A stretch of DNA of 64,000 bases from Cyclobacteriaceae bacterium (GTDB lineage: Bacteria > Bacteroidota > Bacteroidia > Cytophagales > Cyclobacteriaceae), in the NCBI GenBank assembly GCA_965227265.1, contig OZ245738.1, positions 183,645 through 247,644 on the forward strand, written 5' to 3'. Within the stretch, counting starts at the first letter, position 1. Each line of letters opens with the position of its first letter. Under the pieces are notes generated by a model, which saw only the letters and a list, made by a program, of their open reading frames with translations, had not been told where the DNA came from and did not search any database. Positions 1-9,450 of this stretch are shown piece after piece. Made by a program: the position numbers and the translations under genes.

Positions 1-2
1 TG

Positions 3-989
3 GAGCAACCTAAAGACGATCTGGCTACTAAAAGAAAAACCTGGCTGATTGCTTTTATTGTTTCCCTGGTCTTCCTTTCAATTTTTTGGTCGATCGATGC
101 TTCTGTTTTTTATATCCTGACAGGACTATCAGCCTTTTGTTTTTATATATTCCTGCAAAACAGAAGGCCTTCAGGTGAAAGAGAGCCTTCACCCGAAAAA
201 ACGTATCAGCAAACGTATTACCCAAAGCCTTCTTTCTGGGATGAGCTTACGTATATGTTTAGCAAGCAATCTTCATCACGCAATCGTGTTGATCAATCCA
301 AGCTTATCAGAATTATTATTGCGATTTTTGTTGGATTGATTTTTCTATCGGTGATTATTCCCATTATTTTTTCGGATGGATCGGTTTCCTCGTTGGAAGC
401 GCGGCAGCGAGCAAAAGATTTCTATGATCAGCAACAATATGATTCAGCTGCTTATTATTACCGTTTTGCAATCCAGGGCGAACCTGAGAATGCCGATCTT
501 TATCTTGAACGCGGCAATGCCTTTTTGAACAGCAACAATACCGATTCGGCTTTATTCGATTATAATAAAGCTGTAGTGCTTAACCCTGCTTACAAAGAAG
601 CCTACTACAATAAAGGTCTGATCTACTATAACCGTAAGCAATACCGAAACAGTATCAATGAAATAAAGAAAGCAGTTGAAATAGATCCTGATTACACCGA
701 TGCTATGCTGTTAATAGGTGATGATTTTTACAACTCAAGTCAGCTTGACTCTGCTATGATCTGGTATGAGACTGCCTATTCTAAAGGGCACCGCAGTGCA
801 GCGCTAAGTCACGTAATGGCCTACATCTACGACACGAAGGGCAATCAGCAAAAAGCCATTCCTCTGTATAAAGAAGCAATTTCCTACGATACTACTCGCA
901 CAGAAATCTATCAACGATTAGGTGAATTGGTGACAGGGGAAGAGGGAAACGGGTACCGACAGAAAGCAGCTCAGTATCAGCAACGGTGA
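3..989 (+). CDS. membrane-anchored TPR-repeat protein; frame is open to the window edge so the 5' end may lie upstream (first in-window ATG at 255)
   Basis: Frame 3 has no stop from nt 3 to TGA at 987-989. Hydrophobic helices (WLIAFIVSLVFLSIFW, VFYILTGLSAFCFYIFL, IRIIIAIFVGLIFLSVIIPIIF) are followed by TPR-like repeats (ADLYLERGNAFLNSNNTDSALFDYNKAVVLNP, AYKEAYYNKGLIYYNRKQYRNSINEIKKAVEIDP). Confidence 0.7.
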   Translation, partial: EQPKDDLATKRKTWLIAFIVSLVFLSIFWSIDASVFYILTGLSAFCFYIFLQNRRPSGEREPSPEKTYQQTYYPKPSFWDELTYMFSKQSSSRNRVDQSKLIRIIIAIFVGLIFLSVIIPIIFSDGSVSSLEARQRAKDFYDQQQYDSAAYYYRFAIQGEPENADLYLERGNAFLNSNNTDSALFDYNKAVVLNPAYKEAYYNKGLIYYNRKQYRNSINEIKKAVEIDPDYTDAMLLIGDDFYNSSQLDSAMIWYETAYSKGHRSAALSHVMAYIYDTKGNQQKAIPLYKEAISYDTTRTEIYQRLGELVTGEEGNGYRQKAAQYQQR

Positions 990-1292
990 TTACTTTTCGA
1001 ATTCGAGCAAAACAACAGCCCCTTCCAGCAACTGAAGCTTATTACCCTCAACCTTGAAAGAGTGCACCTTGCTTAAAGCTGCTAGATACAAACTCTCAAC
1101 ATTCATCGTCTCTTCGCAAAACATTTTGGTGCTGCCAATTTCTGAAAACTCAATACCAGATTGATTAGATTTATAGCTACTGAAATATTGATTACAGCCC
1201 GCAAAGCCATTTGCCTTTGCACTGTCGAGATTAAGTGTAATGGATTTCTTGAGACTGGAAATATCTTCTCCTGACAAAGTTTTAAAGTCCAC
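990..1292 (-). CDS. META-domain (HslJ-like) protein, apparently lacking its signal peptide
   Basis: 100-aa ORF from a GTG. META-like pattern GFAGCNQYFSSYK ... GSTKMFC ... ESLYLAALS ... KLQLL. A broken lipoprotein signal sequence lies upstream in another frame (see finding). Confidence 0.6.
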   Translation of the reverse strand: MDFKTLSGEDISSLKKSITLNLDSAKANGFAGCNQYFSSYKSNQSGIEFSEIGSTKMFCEETMNVESLYLAALSKVHSFKVEGNKLQLLEGAVVLLEFEK

Positions 1293-1378
1293 TGACCTGC
1301 CGGGAGGGTAAATTCTTTCGAAGAGTTACAGGCAAATGCAGATAGGAAGACCTATACAAGTAAAATCCGAATCATCTT

Positions 1379-1663
1379 TTACTGATTCAAAACGTCCTGA
1401 TAGTCTTTTACTTTCTCGAATACAGATTTTGCGAAAGGACATAACGGAATGATTTTATATTGATGCTCACGGGCATGTTTAACAGCTGCTTCTACAAGTT
1501 GTTTACCGGCATTCTTACCACGCAACGCGTCATCCACACGGGTGCTATCGATAATTAAGATATTACCACCAGCCTTACTGATTGTCATTTCAGCGGCACG
1601 CTTTCCATTTTCTTCAATGTAAAAAGCGCCTTTCGATTCGTTCTCTTCAAACTTAATTTCCAT
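1379..1663 (-). CDS. small GNAT-family N-acetyltransferase (YjdJ-like)
   Basis: 94 aa. IIDSTRVDDALRGKNAGKQLVEAAVKHARE and IIPLCPFAKSVF resemble the short GNAT/YjdJ family. Confidence 0.7.
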   Translation of the reverse strand: MEIKFEENESKGAFYIEENGKRAAEMTISKAGGNILIIDSTRVDDALRGKNAGKQLVEAAVKHAREHQYKIIPLCPFAKSVFEKVKDYQDVLNQ

Positions 1664-1681
1664 AAGACATTTCTCCTTTTA

Positions 1682-3250
1682 TTATTTCGCGTATGCTACA
1701 CTGCGCATTTCGCGGATTACTGTTACTTTAATTTGTCCCGGATACTGCATGTCTTTTTCAATTTTTTGAGAGATCTCAAAGCTCAGCTGACCTGCACGTT
1801 CATCCGTAACATTCTCTGCATCCACCATCACACGTAACTCACGCCCTGCCTGGATAGCATAACATTTTTCCACACCATCAAAGTTCATCGCAAGTTGTTC
1901 CAAATCACGCAGACGTTTGATGTATTGTTCCATCACCTCACGTCTTGCACCTGGCCGTGCACCGCTGATCGCATCACACGCCTGCACAATTGGTGAGATA
2001 ATGCTTGTCATCTCAATCTCATCGTGGTGGGCACCAATAGCATTACACACCACCGGATGCTCTTTGTACTTGAGCGCAAGTTCCATGCCTACAATGGCGT
2101 GGGGCTTTTCAAGCTCTTCTGGCCATACCTTACCGATGTCGTGTAGAAGTCCTGCACGTTTTGCTTGCTTCACGTTGAGTCCTAATTCGGTTGCCATGAT
2201 GGCACAGAGGTTTGCAACCTCACGTGAGTGCATTAACAAGTTTTGTCCATAAGAAGAACGGAAACGCATACGGCCAACCATTCTTACAAGTTCCGGATGT
2301 AATCCGTGAATGCCTAAGTCAATCACCGTGCGCTCACCGGTTTCTACAATTTCGTCTTCTATATTTTTAGTCGTCTTGGCAACGATTTCTTCAATGCGGG
2401 CCGGGTGAATCCGTCCGTCTTGCACGAGTCTGTGCAACGATAAACGCGCAATCTCTCTTCTTACGGGATCGAATCCGGAAATGATAATAGCTTCGGGGGT
2501 ATCATCAACAATAATCTCAACTCCCGTTGCAGCTTCCAGCGCACGAATGTTCCGGCCTTCACGACCAATGATCTTTCCTTTAATATCATCGTTCTCAATG
2601 TTGAAAATCGAAACGCAGTTTTCAATGGCGTGTTCAGTAGCGGTGCGCTGAATTGTTTCAACAACAATTTTCTTGGCTTCTTTCGTAGCGGTAAGCTTCG
2701 CCTGCTCAATAATATCTTTGATTAACGAATTTGCTTTTGCCTGCGCTTCATCTTTAAGTACGGTCATCAATTGCTCTTTGGCTTCATCCGCAGAAAGCTT
2801 CGAAATGCTTTCGAGCACTTGAACTTTTTGCTGGGTGAACTTATCGAGTTCTTCCTTGCGCTTTTTAACGTTATCAAGTTGAAGTGCAAGATTTTGTTGC
2901 ATTTCAACTGTGTCAGCATCTTTTCTCTTGAGGTTCTCAAGCTCCTTGTTGATTTGCTGTTCGCGCTGCTTGATCTTTTGCTCGTTGGCGATGATCTGGT
3001 TTTTCTTGCGGTTTGATTCTTCTTCAAACTCGGTTTTCAGCTTCAGCATGTTCTCCTTCGCCTGGAACATCTTGTCCTTCTTGATATTTTCAGAAGTGAG
3101 TTCAGCTTCTTTTACGATCAGGGCAGCTTTATCTTCGGCTGCAGCCAGACGTTTGCGTGATTTGCGTTTGTAGAGGAGATTCCCAATCAGCATGCTCAGC
3201 AAAATGGTGCCGAAGGTGCAGCTAATGGCTATGATAATGATTTGTTGCAT
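1682..3250 (-). CDS. rny: ribonuclease Y
   Basis: 522 aa. N-terminal TM helix, long Lys/Glu coiled coil, KH domain ([26 protein letters not shown]), HD domain (HSREVANL ... AGLLHDIGK). Confidence 0.95.
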   Translation of the reverse strand: MQQIIIIAISCTFGTILLSMLIGNLLYKRKSRKRLAAAEDKAALIVKEAELTSENIKKDKMFQAKENMLKLKTEFEEESNRKKNQIIANEQKIKQREQQINKELENLKRKDADTVEMQQNLALQLDNVKKRKEELDKFTQQKVQVLESISKLSADEAKEQLMTVLKDEAQAKANSLIKDIIEQAKLTATKEAKKIVVETIQRTATEHAIENCVSIFNIENDDIKGKIIGREGRNIRALEAATGVEIIVDDTPEAIIISGFDPVRREIARLSLHRLVQDGRIHPARIEEIVAKTTKNIEDEIVETGERTVIDLGIHGLHPELVRMVGRMRFRSSYGQNLLMHSREVANLCAIMATELGLNVKQAKRAGLLHDIGKVWPEELEKPHAIVGMELALKYKEHPVVCNAIGAHHDEIEMTSIISPIVQACDAISGARPGARREVMEQYIKRLRDLEQLAMNFDGVEKCYAIQAGRELRVMVDAENVTDERAGQLSFEISQKIEKDMQYPGQIKVTVIREMRSVAYAK

Positions 3251-3335
3251 AATAGAACATTAAGGGGTTAAACAACCCGAAAGTTCTGCGTACGCAGTTG
3301 GAAGGCTAATGAGTTAAGGAGCGTAAGCGTAAGGC

Positions 3336-3623
3336 TTACAAAATAGACTGAGAAACTAGCTGATTGAGATGCGAAACTTTTTCGAGCACAGTTTGATCAA
3401 TACCCTGATGGGTTTCTTCAGTAGTCATCTTTTCAACCAGACTATCAAAAGCTACCATGGCCAACAGGTCCTGTTTATCGTCAATTCCAAACTGATCTTT
3501 GTAAGATTTTAACTTCTCATTGATAAGCCGGCTTGCCATTCTCACACGTTCTTCATCTTCACGCTTTACCTTCATCGGGTATTCGCGATCGGCTATCTTG
3601 ATTTTTATTGAAAGTTCTTCCAT
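3336..3623 (-). CDS. zapA: cell division protein ZapA
   Basis: 95 aa. The IKIADREYPMKV ... EERVRMASRLINEKL pattern is typical of ZapA. It sits upstream of rny, as in many bacteria. Confidence 0.8.
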   Translation of the reverse strand: MEELSIKIKIADREYPMKVKREDEERVRMASRLINEKLKSYKDQFGIDDKQDLLAMVAFDSLVEKMTTEETHQGIDQTVLEKVSHLNQLVSQSIL

Positions 3624-3643
3624 TAATTAAGTCTTACGGTCAG

Positions 3644-3940
3644 TTATCGGCTCAAATAAGCAATACACTTATCAATTTCCCGAATGTAGTCGTCTACTTT
3701 CTTCTTCAACTCCGAAACACTTCCGTCTTCCGGATTTATATTATCTACAATTTTAGATATTTTAATTTGATTTTTAAAATTATACAGCTGTTCATCGCGA
3801 CCCTTCACGGACGATTTAAGCTCCTGATTTTCAGTTTTTAAAGTCTTGATTTCTTCTTTCAGGCTTTTGTGTTCGTTAATGAGCACTAAAAGTTTGCGCT
3901 CGAGCCCGTTCAGGTTGGTTTTCAGAATGTCTTGTTCCAT
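3644..3940 (-). CDS. small coiled-coil protein of unknown function (upstream partner of zapA)
   Basis: 98 aa, heptad-rich (LKEEIKTLKTENQELKSSVK). 20 nt upstream of zapA on the same strand. Confidence 0.5.
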   Translation of the reverse strand: MEQDILKTNLNGLERKLLVLINEHKSLKEEIKTLKTENQELKSSVKGRDEQLYNFKNQIKISKIVDNINPEDGSVSELKKKVDDYIREIDKCIAYLSR

Positions 3941-4011
3941 GGAAACAATTTTTGAATGGCTTTGGGGGCCTAGTTAATGTTTTTATTTATTCTCAACCGC
4001 TCCAATTCTTT

Positions 4012-6426
4012 CTATTTGCGGATAACTGCGCCCAACGTCTGCTCAAAAGCGTTCATTAGCTTGGTCATCGTTTTATCAATCTCTTCGTCCGTCAGGGTTT
4101 TGGCTTCGTCAAGTAATGTAAACCCGAGTGCGTATGCCTTTTTTCCTGCCGGAAGGTTTTCTCCTTCGTACACATCAAACGCAATGATGTCGCGGATCAA
4201 CCTTTTTTCAGTACTCAATACCATTTTCCGGATTTCATCGAAGCTTACACTTTTATCGAGCACCAATGATAAATCGCGTCTTACTTCCGGAAATTTCGGT
4301 ACTTCCTGAGCAACTAACATAGGGTTTGCGGAAGTGAAAAGCAAGGTCGTATGTAGCTCAGCATAAAATATTTCCTGCTTGATGCCTAAATCCTTTAATA
4401 AAGCAGGTTTTACTTTTCCGACAAGCCCGATATTTTTATTACCAACTGACAACTGCAGTGCGTAGTCGAACAGTTGATCTTTCACAACCTCTTGTTTGAT
4501 GTTGCTGATGCCCGACTTTTGGATCACCTGGGTAACATGCTGTGCCAAATCGTAATAGGTTGTTGACCGGGTTTTATGCTGCCAGTTTTCAGTTTCAATA
4601 TTTCCGGTAACGTATAATCCAACACGTTCTTCTTCTATGTACTTGCCATTGACTTTGAAGTAAATCTTCCCAAACTCAAACAGCTTAAGATCTTTCTGCC
4701 TGCGGTTAATATTATGCGCACACACTTCCAAGCCGGTAAAAAGCATCGTTTGACGGAGAATTCCCTGCTCTTCACTGAGCTTGTTCAGGATTTCAATCGG
4801 CTCTCCAGTAAATTTTAAATTATGCTTCTGCTGATAGGCTGCATTGGTCAACGAGTTTGTCATGATCTCGTAAAAACCATTGCCCACGAGCAATTGACTA
4901 AGCGTATTTTTGAACTTGTTAATGTCTTTCACCTGGAATTCAGCAATGAAATCTGATCCGGCAAACTCACGTAGCTCAATATTGTTCAATCCGTAGACGC
5001 GAAGAATCTCTTCTGCGATATCTGCTTCCTGAATTACATCCACCCGATATGGTGGGATAGAAACTGTGAAGCTATCCGATTTTTTATCGGTGATTTTAAT
5101 ATCAAGCGCTTCAAGAATTTCAAACACGCGTTCGCGCGGAATTTCTTTCCCAATCAGTCGATTGATGTTCTTATCTCTTACGAAGATTGTTTTGTTTTCA
5201 ACTTTATCCGGGTAGATGTCAACGATCTCAGATGAAATCTTTGCACCTGCGATTTCCTGCATGAGCAAGGCGGCACGCTTCAACGCGTAAATCGTTCCGT
5301 TGGGATCTGTCCCCCGTTCAAAGCGAAATGACGCATCCGTTTTCAAGCCATGATGTAATGAACTCTTGCGTACAAAGTCCGCAGCGAAATAGGCGCTCTC
5401 TAAAAATACGTTCTTTGTCTTTTCAGAAATTCCTGATTTTGTTCCGCCAAACACGCCCGCAATGCACATACCTTCTGTTTCGCTGCAAATCATTAAATCA
5501 TTTGCCGTGAGCTCACGCTCTTTGTTATCGAGCGTAGTGAATTTTGTTGCGGCTGGTAAAGTCTTTACAATTACTTTCTTACCTGCGATCTGATCTGCAT
5601 CAAAAGCATGCAGCGGCTGACCGGTTTCATGGAGTACGTAATTGGTGATGTCAACGATGTTGTTGATCGGAGTGAGGCCGATTGCAATCAATCTATTTTT
5701 CAACCAGGCTGGTGATTCAGCAACTGTAATGCTAGTGAGCGTTACACCTGAATATCTTGGACAAGCTTGTGAGTTCTCAACTTTAACGTCAATTGTAAGT
5801 GCCGAGTCATCTTTTTTAAACTTGTCTACAGAAGGCCAGTTCAGAGCTCTTCCTTTTGATGCTTTGATATCGCGCGCAACGCCAATGTGTGAAGCAGCAT
5901 CAACCCGATTAGGTGTTAAGCCAATTTCTAATGTGTAGTCCGATTCTATTTTGAAATATTCAGCGGCTGGTGTTCCGTTCTTTGCCGTTGTGTTCAATAC
6001 AATTATACCGGCATGACTTTCACCTAATCCAATTTCATCTTCGGCACAAATCATCCCTTCAGACTGTTCGCCACGAATTTTTGCTGATTTGATTTGAAAC
6101 GGTTCGCCTTTTGTTGGATTGACAGTTGTTCCAACCGTAGCAACCACTACTTTTTGTCCAGCAGCAATATTCGCTGCTCCGCATACAATGGATAAGGGCT
6201 TTTCTCCACCAACATCGACAGTCGTTAATGAAAGCTTGTCGGCATTGGGATGTTTGGTGCACGTTAACACCTCGCCAATCACCAATCCTTTTAATCCGCC
6301 CTTTACGGTTTCGAATGCGTGAATGTGCTCAACTTCAAGTCCGGTGGAGGTTAACAGCTGGCCTAGCTCTTCCGGGGTTTCCGAGATGTCGATGTAGTCT
6401 TTCAGCCAGTTATAGGAAATAGTCAT
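4012..6426 (-). CDS. pheT: phenylalanine--tRNA ligase beta subunit
   Basis: 804 aa. N-terminal tRNA-binding fold (VIGEVLTCTKHPNADKLSLTTVDVG), B3/4 and B5 regions, C-terminal FDX-ACB-like domain. Confidence 0.95.
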   Translation of the reverse strand: MTISYNWLKDYIDISETPEELGQLLTSTGLEVEHIHAFETVKGGLKGLVIGEVLTCTKHPNADKLSLTTVDVGGEKPLSIVCGAANIAAGQKVVVATVGTTVNPTKGEPFQIKSAKIRGEQSEGMICAEDEIGLGESHAGIIVLNTTAKNGTPAAEYFKIESDYTLEIGLTPNRVDAASHIGVARDIKASKGRALNWPSVDKFKKDDSALTIDVKVENSQACPRYSGVTLTSITVAESPAWLKNRLIAIGLTPINNIVDITNYVLHETGQPLHAFDADQIAGKKVIVKTLPAATKFTTLDNKERELTANDLMICSETEGMCIAGVFGGTKSGISEKTKNVFLESAYFAADFVRKSSLHHGLKTDASFRFERGTDPNGTIYALKRAALLMQEIAGAKISSEIVDIYPDKVENKTIFVRDKNINRLIGKEIPRERVFEILEALDIKITDKKSDSFTVSIPPYRVDVIQEADIAEEILRVYGLNNIELREFAGSDFIAEFQVKDINKFKNTLSQLLVGNGFYEIMTNSLTNAAYQQKHNLKFTGEPIEILNKLSEEQGILRQTMLFTGLEVCAHNINRRQKDLKLFEFGKIYFKVNGKYIEEERVGLYVTGNIETENWQHKTRSTTYYDLAQHVTQVIQKSGISNIKQEVVKDQLFDYALQLSVGNKNIGLVGKVKPALLKDLGIKQEIFYAELHTTLLFTSANPMLVAQEVPKFPEVRRDLSLVLDKSVSFDEIRKMVLSTEKRLIRDIIAFDVYEGENLPAGKKAYALGFTLLDEAKTLTDEEIDKTMTKLMNAFEQTLGAVIRK

Positions 6427-6450
6427 TGCTAATGCTTACGGTAAAGACAG

Positions 6451-6458
6451 CAAAAATA
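6451..6458 (-). promoter_or_regulatory. candidate -7 box for pheT
   Basis: Minus strand reads TATTTTTG (TAnnTTTG), 24 nt upstream of the pheT ATG. No clear -33 element. Confidence 0.35.
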
Positions 6459-6501
6459 AGGAAAATGAGACTGTCTTAAAAGTTTAAGAAAGTGTTCCAA
6501 A

Positions 6502-6527
6502 TCAGTCTTCGACTCCGCTCAGACTGA
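6502..6527. repeat. inner conserved-loop hairpin without the GTAGAGACG arms
   Basis: Minus-strand reading is TCAGTCT-GAGCGGAGTCGA-AGACTGA, 31 nt downstream of the DUF1028 gene stop. A degenerate half copy (GGACTTTACTCAGAGTGACC) follows at 6533-6552. Confidence 0.7.
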
Positions 6528-6557
6528 CATTTGGACTTTACTCAGAGTGACCTGAGA

Positions 6558-7535
6558 TTACTTTGTAAGTTCTTTTAGTTCGGTTTCCGATACCGTAAGC
6601 AATCCTGCTTTCGGAAGCCGTTTGGTTAACTCACGCCAGTTAGGATCCAGCTTGTAAATTTTCTGGAGCATGACTGATGCTCTGGGAACTTCTTTACCAT
6701 TGGCTAATGTAATAGCCGTCCAGTATTGCATTTCCAGGTTGCCTGGAAACATCTTCATTGCCTGATCATATTCTTCCATGGCTTTAGCCATATCGTTTTT
6801 CTCAACGTACAGATCGCCTTTGTTCATGTGCTCGTATGCACGCGAAACTTTTAACAATCTTGCAAGCTCTGCAATGGGAACTTTCGAATCATCTACACGG
6901 AGATCAATAAGCCGATCATCCCAAGGCTTGCCAGTGTTTTGAGGAGAGACAACCAGTAATGCAGCGGATTGTTTGCCACGAAGATCACCACCGGCTTTCT
7001 GCGCAGCTTTTAAAACCTCAACCATGCGTTCAGCCAAGGGCAATGCTGAGTTGTCTTTCCACGCTTGCTCCATAGCTGGGACAACTTTGTCGTTGAGCAT
7101 CATGTTAGCTTGAACGGAGAAATTTTCACCGTTTAAATGTCCGGCTGATTCGAGACATTTTTTTCCGGTGTGACTGGCTACTCGTCCTTTAGTATCAAGA
7201 ATAGCAACTTGCCTGAAATCTTTTCCGGTATCATCGCTCAGCAATTGATCTAATGCTTCCTGTGGTGATTTACCTTGTTTGAGTAATTCAAGTCCACGTA
7301 AGCCAAACGATTTATTCACGAATGATTGAGTTGCCACCACGCCAACTCCCGCTTCACCCCACGATACTGAAGTGCCTACACTGAACCAGTGACTTTGGAC
7401 CGCAACTGCCATTTCGCCTGTACCTTCATCGCGACCAACAATGGAGAATGTGTGTGCAAGATCTGAAGGTTGAATGGATTGAGCTGTCAATCGAATTGAA
7501 ACTGTAATGAAGACAAGAAGAGTCACGTAGCGCAT
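6558..7535 (-). CDS. secreted DUF1028-family (Ntn-hydrolase-like) protein with C-terminal TPR-like tail
   Basis: Signal peptide, then TFSIVGRDEGTGEMAVAVQSHWFSVG, which is typical of DUF1028. C-terminal helical repeats. Confidence 0.65.
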   Translation of the reverse strand: MRYVTLLVFITVSIRLTAQSIQPSDLAHTFSIVGRDEGTGEMAVAVQSHWFSVGTSVSWGEAGVGVVATQSFVNKSFGLRGLELLKQGKSPQEALDQLLSDDTGKDFRQVAILDTKGRVASHTGKKCLESAGHLNGENFSVQANMMLNDKVVPAMEQAWKDNSALPLAERMVEVLKAAQKAGGDLRGKQSAALLVVSPQNTGKPWDDRLIDLRVDDSKVPIAELARLLKVSRAYEHMNKGDLYVEKNDMAKAMEEYDQAMKMFPGNLEMQYWTAITLANGKEVPRASVMLQKIYKLDPNWRELTKRLPKAGLLTVSETELKELTK

Positions 7536-7711
7536 AAAAGTTAATTTTTAGTATTCGTCTTTACCGTTTTTTAAGGTATACAAAAATGTTGTTACGCGGC
7601 TAATCAATCGGATTAAAAATCTTTTAACTAAACTTCCAGGCTTACCGGATTTTTTTGTTTGCATGCTTCCATAACACGTGAAGCATAGTTAACCCTTAAG
7701 CAGAACATGAT

Positions 7712-8326
7712 TTACTTATATGTTTTTTCACCTGCCCGAATCGCTACTTCTAAAATATTTTCTGTTGGCGGAAATGGGCAAGAATAATTATCATTATACG
7801 CACAATATGGGTTGTATGCTTCGTTAAAGTCTAATGTGATCGATGTTGCACCCGGAACTTTCTTTACATCGAGGTAGCGCCCGGCTCCATAGGTTTCGTC
7901 AGCGCTGGTTTTATCTGCGAATGCCAAGAACAATGTTCCGCGATATGCACCGATGTCCATGATCTCCAGGATTAATAATTTGCTCTTTACACCGTCAAGC
8001 TCAAATTCTGCGTAAGCGTATTCCAGATAGCTTTTTTCTTTTCCATCGCTTGTGGGAAGTGATAGGGCTTTCTTGTGTTCAATTTCCGTAAGCTTTGCAT
8101 TGATTCTGTATTTTGAATCGATCGGGAAATAGTTTAGGCCTTTAAATCCAATACTGTCGCCAAAAGGTGATTCATCACCTGATTGCATAGTATTGTTTTT
8201 ATCTTTACGGAGCTGTTCAACTTTCGTGATGTAAGCTTCGTTTGTTTCCCCGCCACTTAAGGAATAGTAAATTCCAATCAGCACAACGACAATAACAATA
8301 ATAAGAATAATATTTTTTGTCTTCAT
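7712..8326 (-). CDS. DUF1684-domain protein
   Basis: 204 aa with an N-terminal TM anchor. C-terminal YNPYCAYNDNYSCPFPPTENIL..AIRAGEK motif. Confidence 0.65.
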   Translation of the reverse strand: MKTKNIILIIVIVVVLIGIYYSLSGGETNEAYITKVEQLRKDKNNTMQSGDESPFGDSIGFKGLNYFPIDSKYRINAKLTEIEHKKALSLPTSDGKEKSYLEYAYAEFELDGVKSKLLILEIMDIGAYRGTLFLAFADKTSADETYGAGRYLDVKKVPGATSITLDFNEAYNPYCAYNDNYSCPFPPTENILEVAIRAGEKTYK

Positions 8327-8328
8327 GA

Positions 8329-9027
8329 TTACATTAAGCCTTCATCGGCAAAGCTGAAATATTTTTTCCCGGCAAGGATGATATGATCAAGCACCTGAAT
8401 GTCGAGCAGCTTTCCGGATTCTTTTAGTTTTTTCGTGAGATCAATATCAGCCTGACTGGCTGTTAAGTTCCCGGAAGGGTGATTGTGTGCTAATATAATT
8501 CCTGACGCAAGCTCTTCAACTGCAACTTTGAAAATCAATTTAGGATCAGCAACAGTCCCGGCAACACCACCCTGGCTGATCTGATGTTTTTTAATCACTC
8601 GGTTCGCGCGGTTCAACAAGATTATCCAAAAGGCTTCATGTGGAATGTCGAGTAAATCAGCTTTCAGGATTTCGTATGCATCTGCCGAACCTCCAATCTT
8701 GGGCTTTTCTTCAGCCTGAAAATCTTTTCTTCTGCGACCAAGTTCCAGTGCACTGATGATTGTAATTGCTTTTGCTTCGCCAATGCCTTTGACCTTCATC
8801 AGATCTTTTACCGTGAGGCGCGCAAGCTCATTTAAATCGTTATTAACGGACTGTAAAATATTTTTGGCCAGATCTACAGCACTCAGCTTGGATGTGCCTG
8901 TGCCTAAAAGAATCGCGATCAGCTCGGCATCAGAGAGGGCGGCCTTTCCTTTGAGTAACAACTTCTCCCGGGGACGGTCTTCGGCAGCCCAGCTTTTGAT
9001 GTTCAGGAAGTCGGCCTTTTTGTTCAT
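8329..9027 (-). CDS. radC: RadC-family JAB-domain protein
   Basis: 232 aa. HhH region (LSDAELIAILLGTG) and JAB/MPN motif (ILAHNHPSGNLTASQAD). Confidence 0.85.
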   Translation of the reverse strand: MNKKADFLNIKSWAAEDRPREKLLLKGKAALSDAELIAILLGTGTSKLSAVDLAKNILQSVNNDLNELARLTVKDLMKVKGIGEAKAITIISALELGRRRKDFQAEEKPKIGGSADAYEILKADLLDIPHEAFWIILLNRANRVIKKHQISQGGVAGTVADPKLIFKVAVEELASGIILAHNHPSGNLTASQADIDLTKKLKESGKLLDIQVLDHIILAGKKYFSFADEGLM

Positions 9028-9032
9028 TCCCT

Positions 9033-9068
9033 AAAAATAAAAGACCCGGAGCGTTTTGAAACTCCGGG
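9033..9068 (-). terminator. intrinsic terminator after rpsT
   Basis: Minus strand: CCCGGAG-TTTCAAAACG-CTCCGGG followed by TCTTTTATTTTT. Confidence 0.8.
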
Positions 9069-9095
9069 CCGGGAATACTTTATGTACGGTATGCC

Positions 9096-9350
9096 TTACT
9101 TCAGCTTGTTAACAGCCTTAGCAAGCTTTGATTTCTGATTAGCAGCTTTTTTCCAGTGGATCACACCTTTCTTCGCCAACTTGTCGATTTGCGCGGAAAC
9201 AGTCTTTAATTGAGTTTCTGCGTCTGATTTACCAGTAGCAGCTTTCAGGTTTTTAACGGCTGTACGGGTAGTTTTATGCTGATAGCGGTTTTTGTCACGC
9301 TTGGTAGCACTTGAACGGATCTTCTTTTCTGCTGACTTGTGATTTGCCAT
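9096..9350 (-). CDS. rpsT: 30S ribosomal protein S20
   Basis: 84 aa, basic. MANHKSAEKKIRSS ... KKGVIHWKKAANQKSKL. Confidence 0.95.
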   Translation of the reverse strand: MANHKSAEKKIRSSATKRDKNRYQHKTTRTAVKNLKAATGKSDAETQLKTVSAQIDKLAKKGVIHWKKAANQKSKLAKAVNKLK

Positions 9351-9372
9351 GGTTTTTACTTAAAAAGGACTG

Positions 9373-9380
9373 CAAAGGTA
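9373..9380 (-). promoter_or_regulatory. candidate -7 box for rpsT
   Basis: Minus strand reads TACCTTTG (TAnnTTTG), 22 nt upstream of the rpsT ATG. Confidence 0.4.
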
Positions 9381-9386
9381 TTAAAA

Positions 9387-9422
9387 GAATTCAAAATTTC
9401 GAATCCTGAATTTAGAATTTCG
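9387..9422. repeat. two direct 15-nt repeats 21 nt apart in the rpsT / phospholipase-C-like divergent region
   Basis: GAATTCAAAATTTCG (9387-9401) and GAATTTAGAATTTCG (9408-9422), 13 of 15 identical. Confidence 0.55.
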
Positions 9423-9450
9423 GTTTTGAGGCTTTTAATATCTTTAATTC

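Noticed and set aside
1917-3173. Several track ORFs (1917-2252 +, 2461-2709 -, 2767-3027 -, 2771-3016 +, 2910-3173 +) inside or antisense to rny
   Set aside because: They overlap a high-confidence 522-aa RNase Y gene, have low-complexity or Ser/Leu-rich translations and no recognisable motifs. They are shadow ORFs.
3286-3297. Perfect 12-bp palindrome CTGCGTACGCAG and small hairpins in the rny upstream region
   Set aside because: It is short enough to occur by chance, with no second copy in the window. It is noted only as a possible operator and is not supported further.
7650-7680. Hairpin ATGCTTC-(10 nt)-GAAGCAT downstream of the DUF1684 gene as a terminator
   Set aside because: On the transcribed (minus) strand it is followed by an A-rich rather than a T-rich tract, and the stem is only 7 bp. 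The evidence is insufficient.
8329-9027. RadC/JAB protein as a marker of a mobile or defence island
   Set aside because: The neighbours are rpsT, a DUF1684 gene and housekeeping genes. There is no integrase, anti-restriction or toxin gene. It looks like the chromosomal radC copy.
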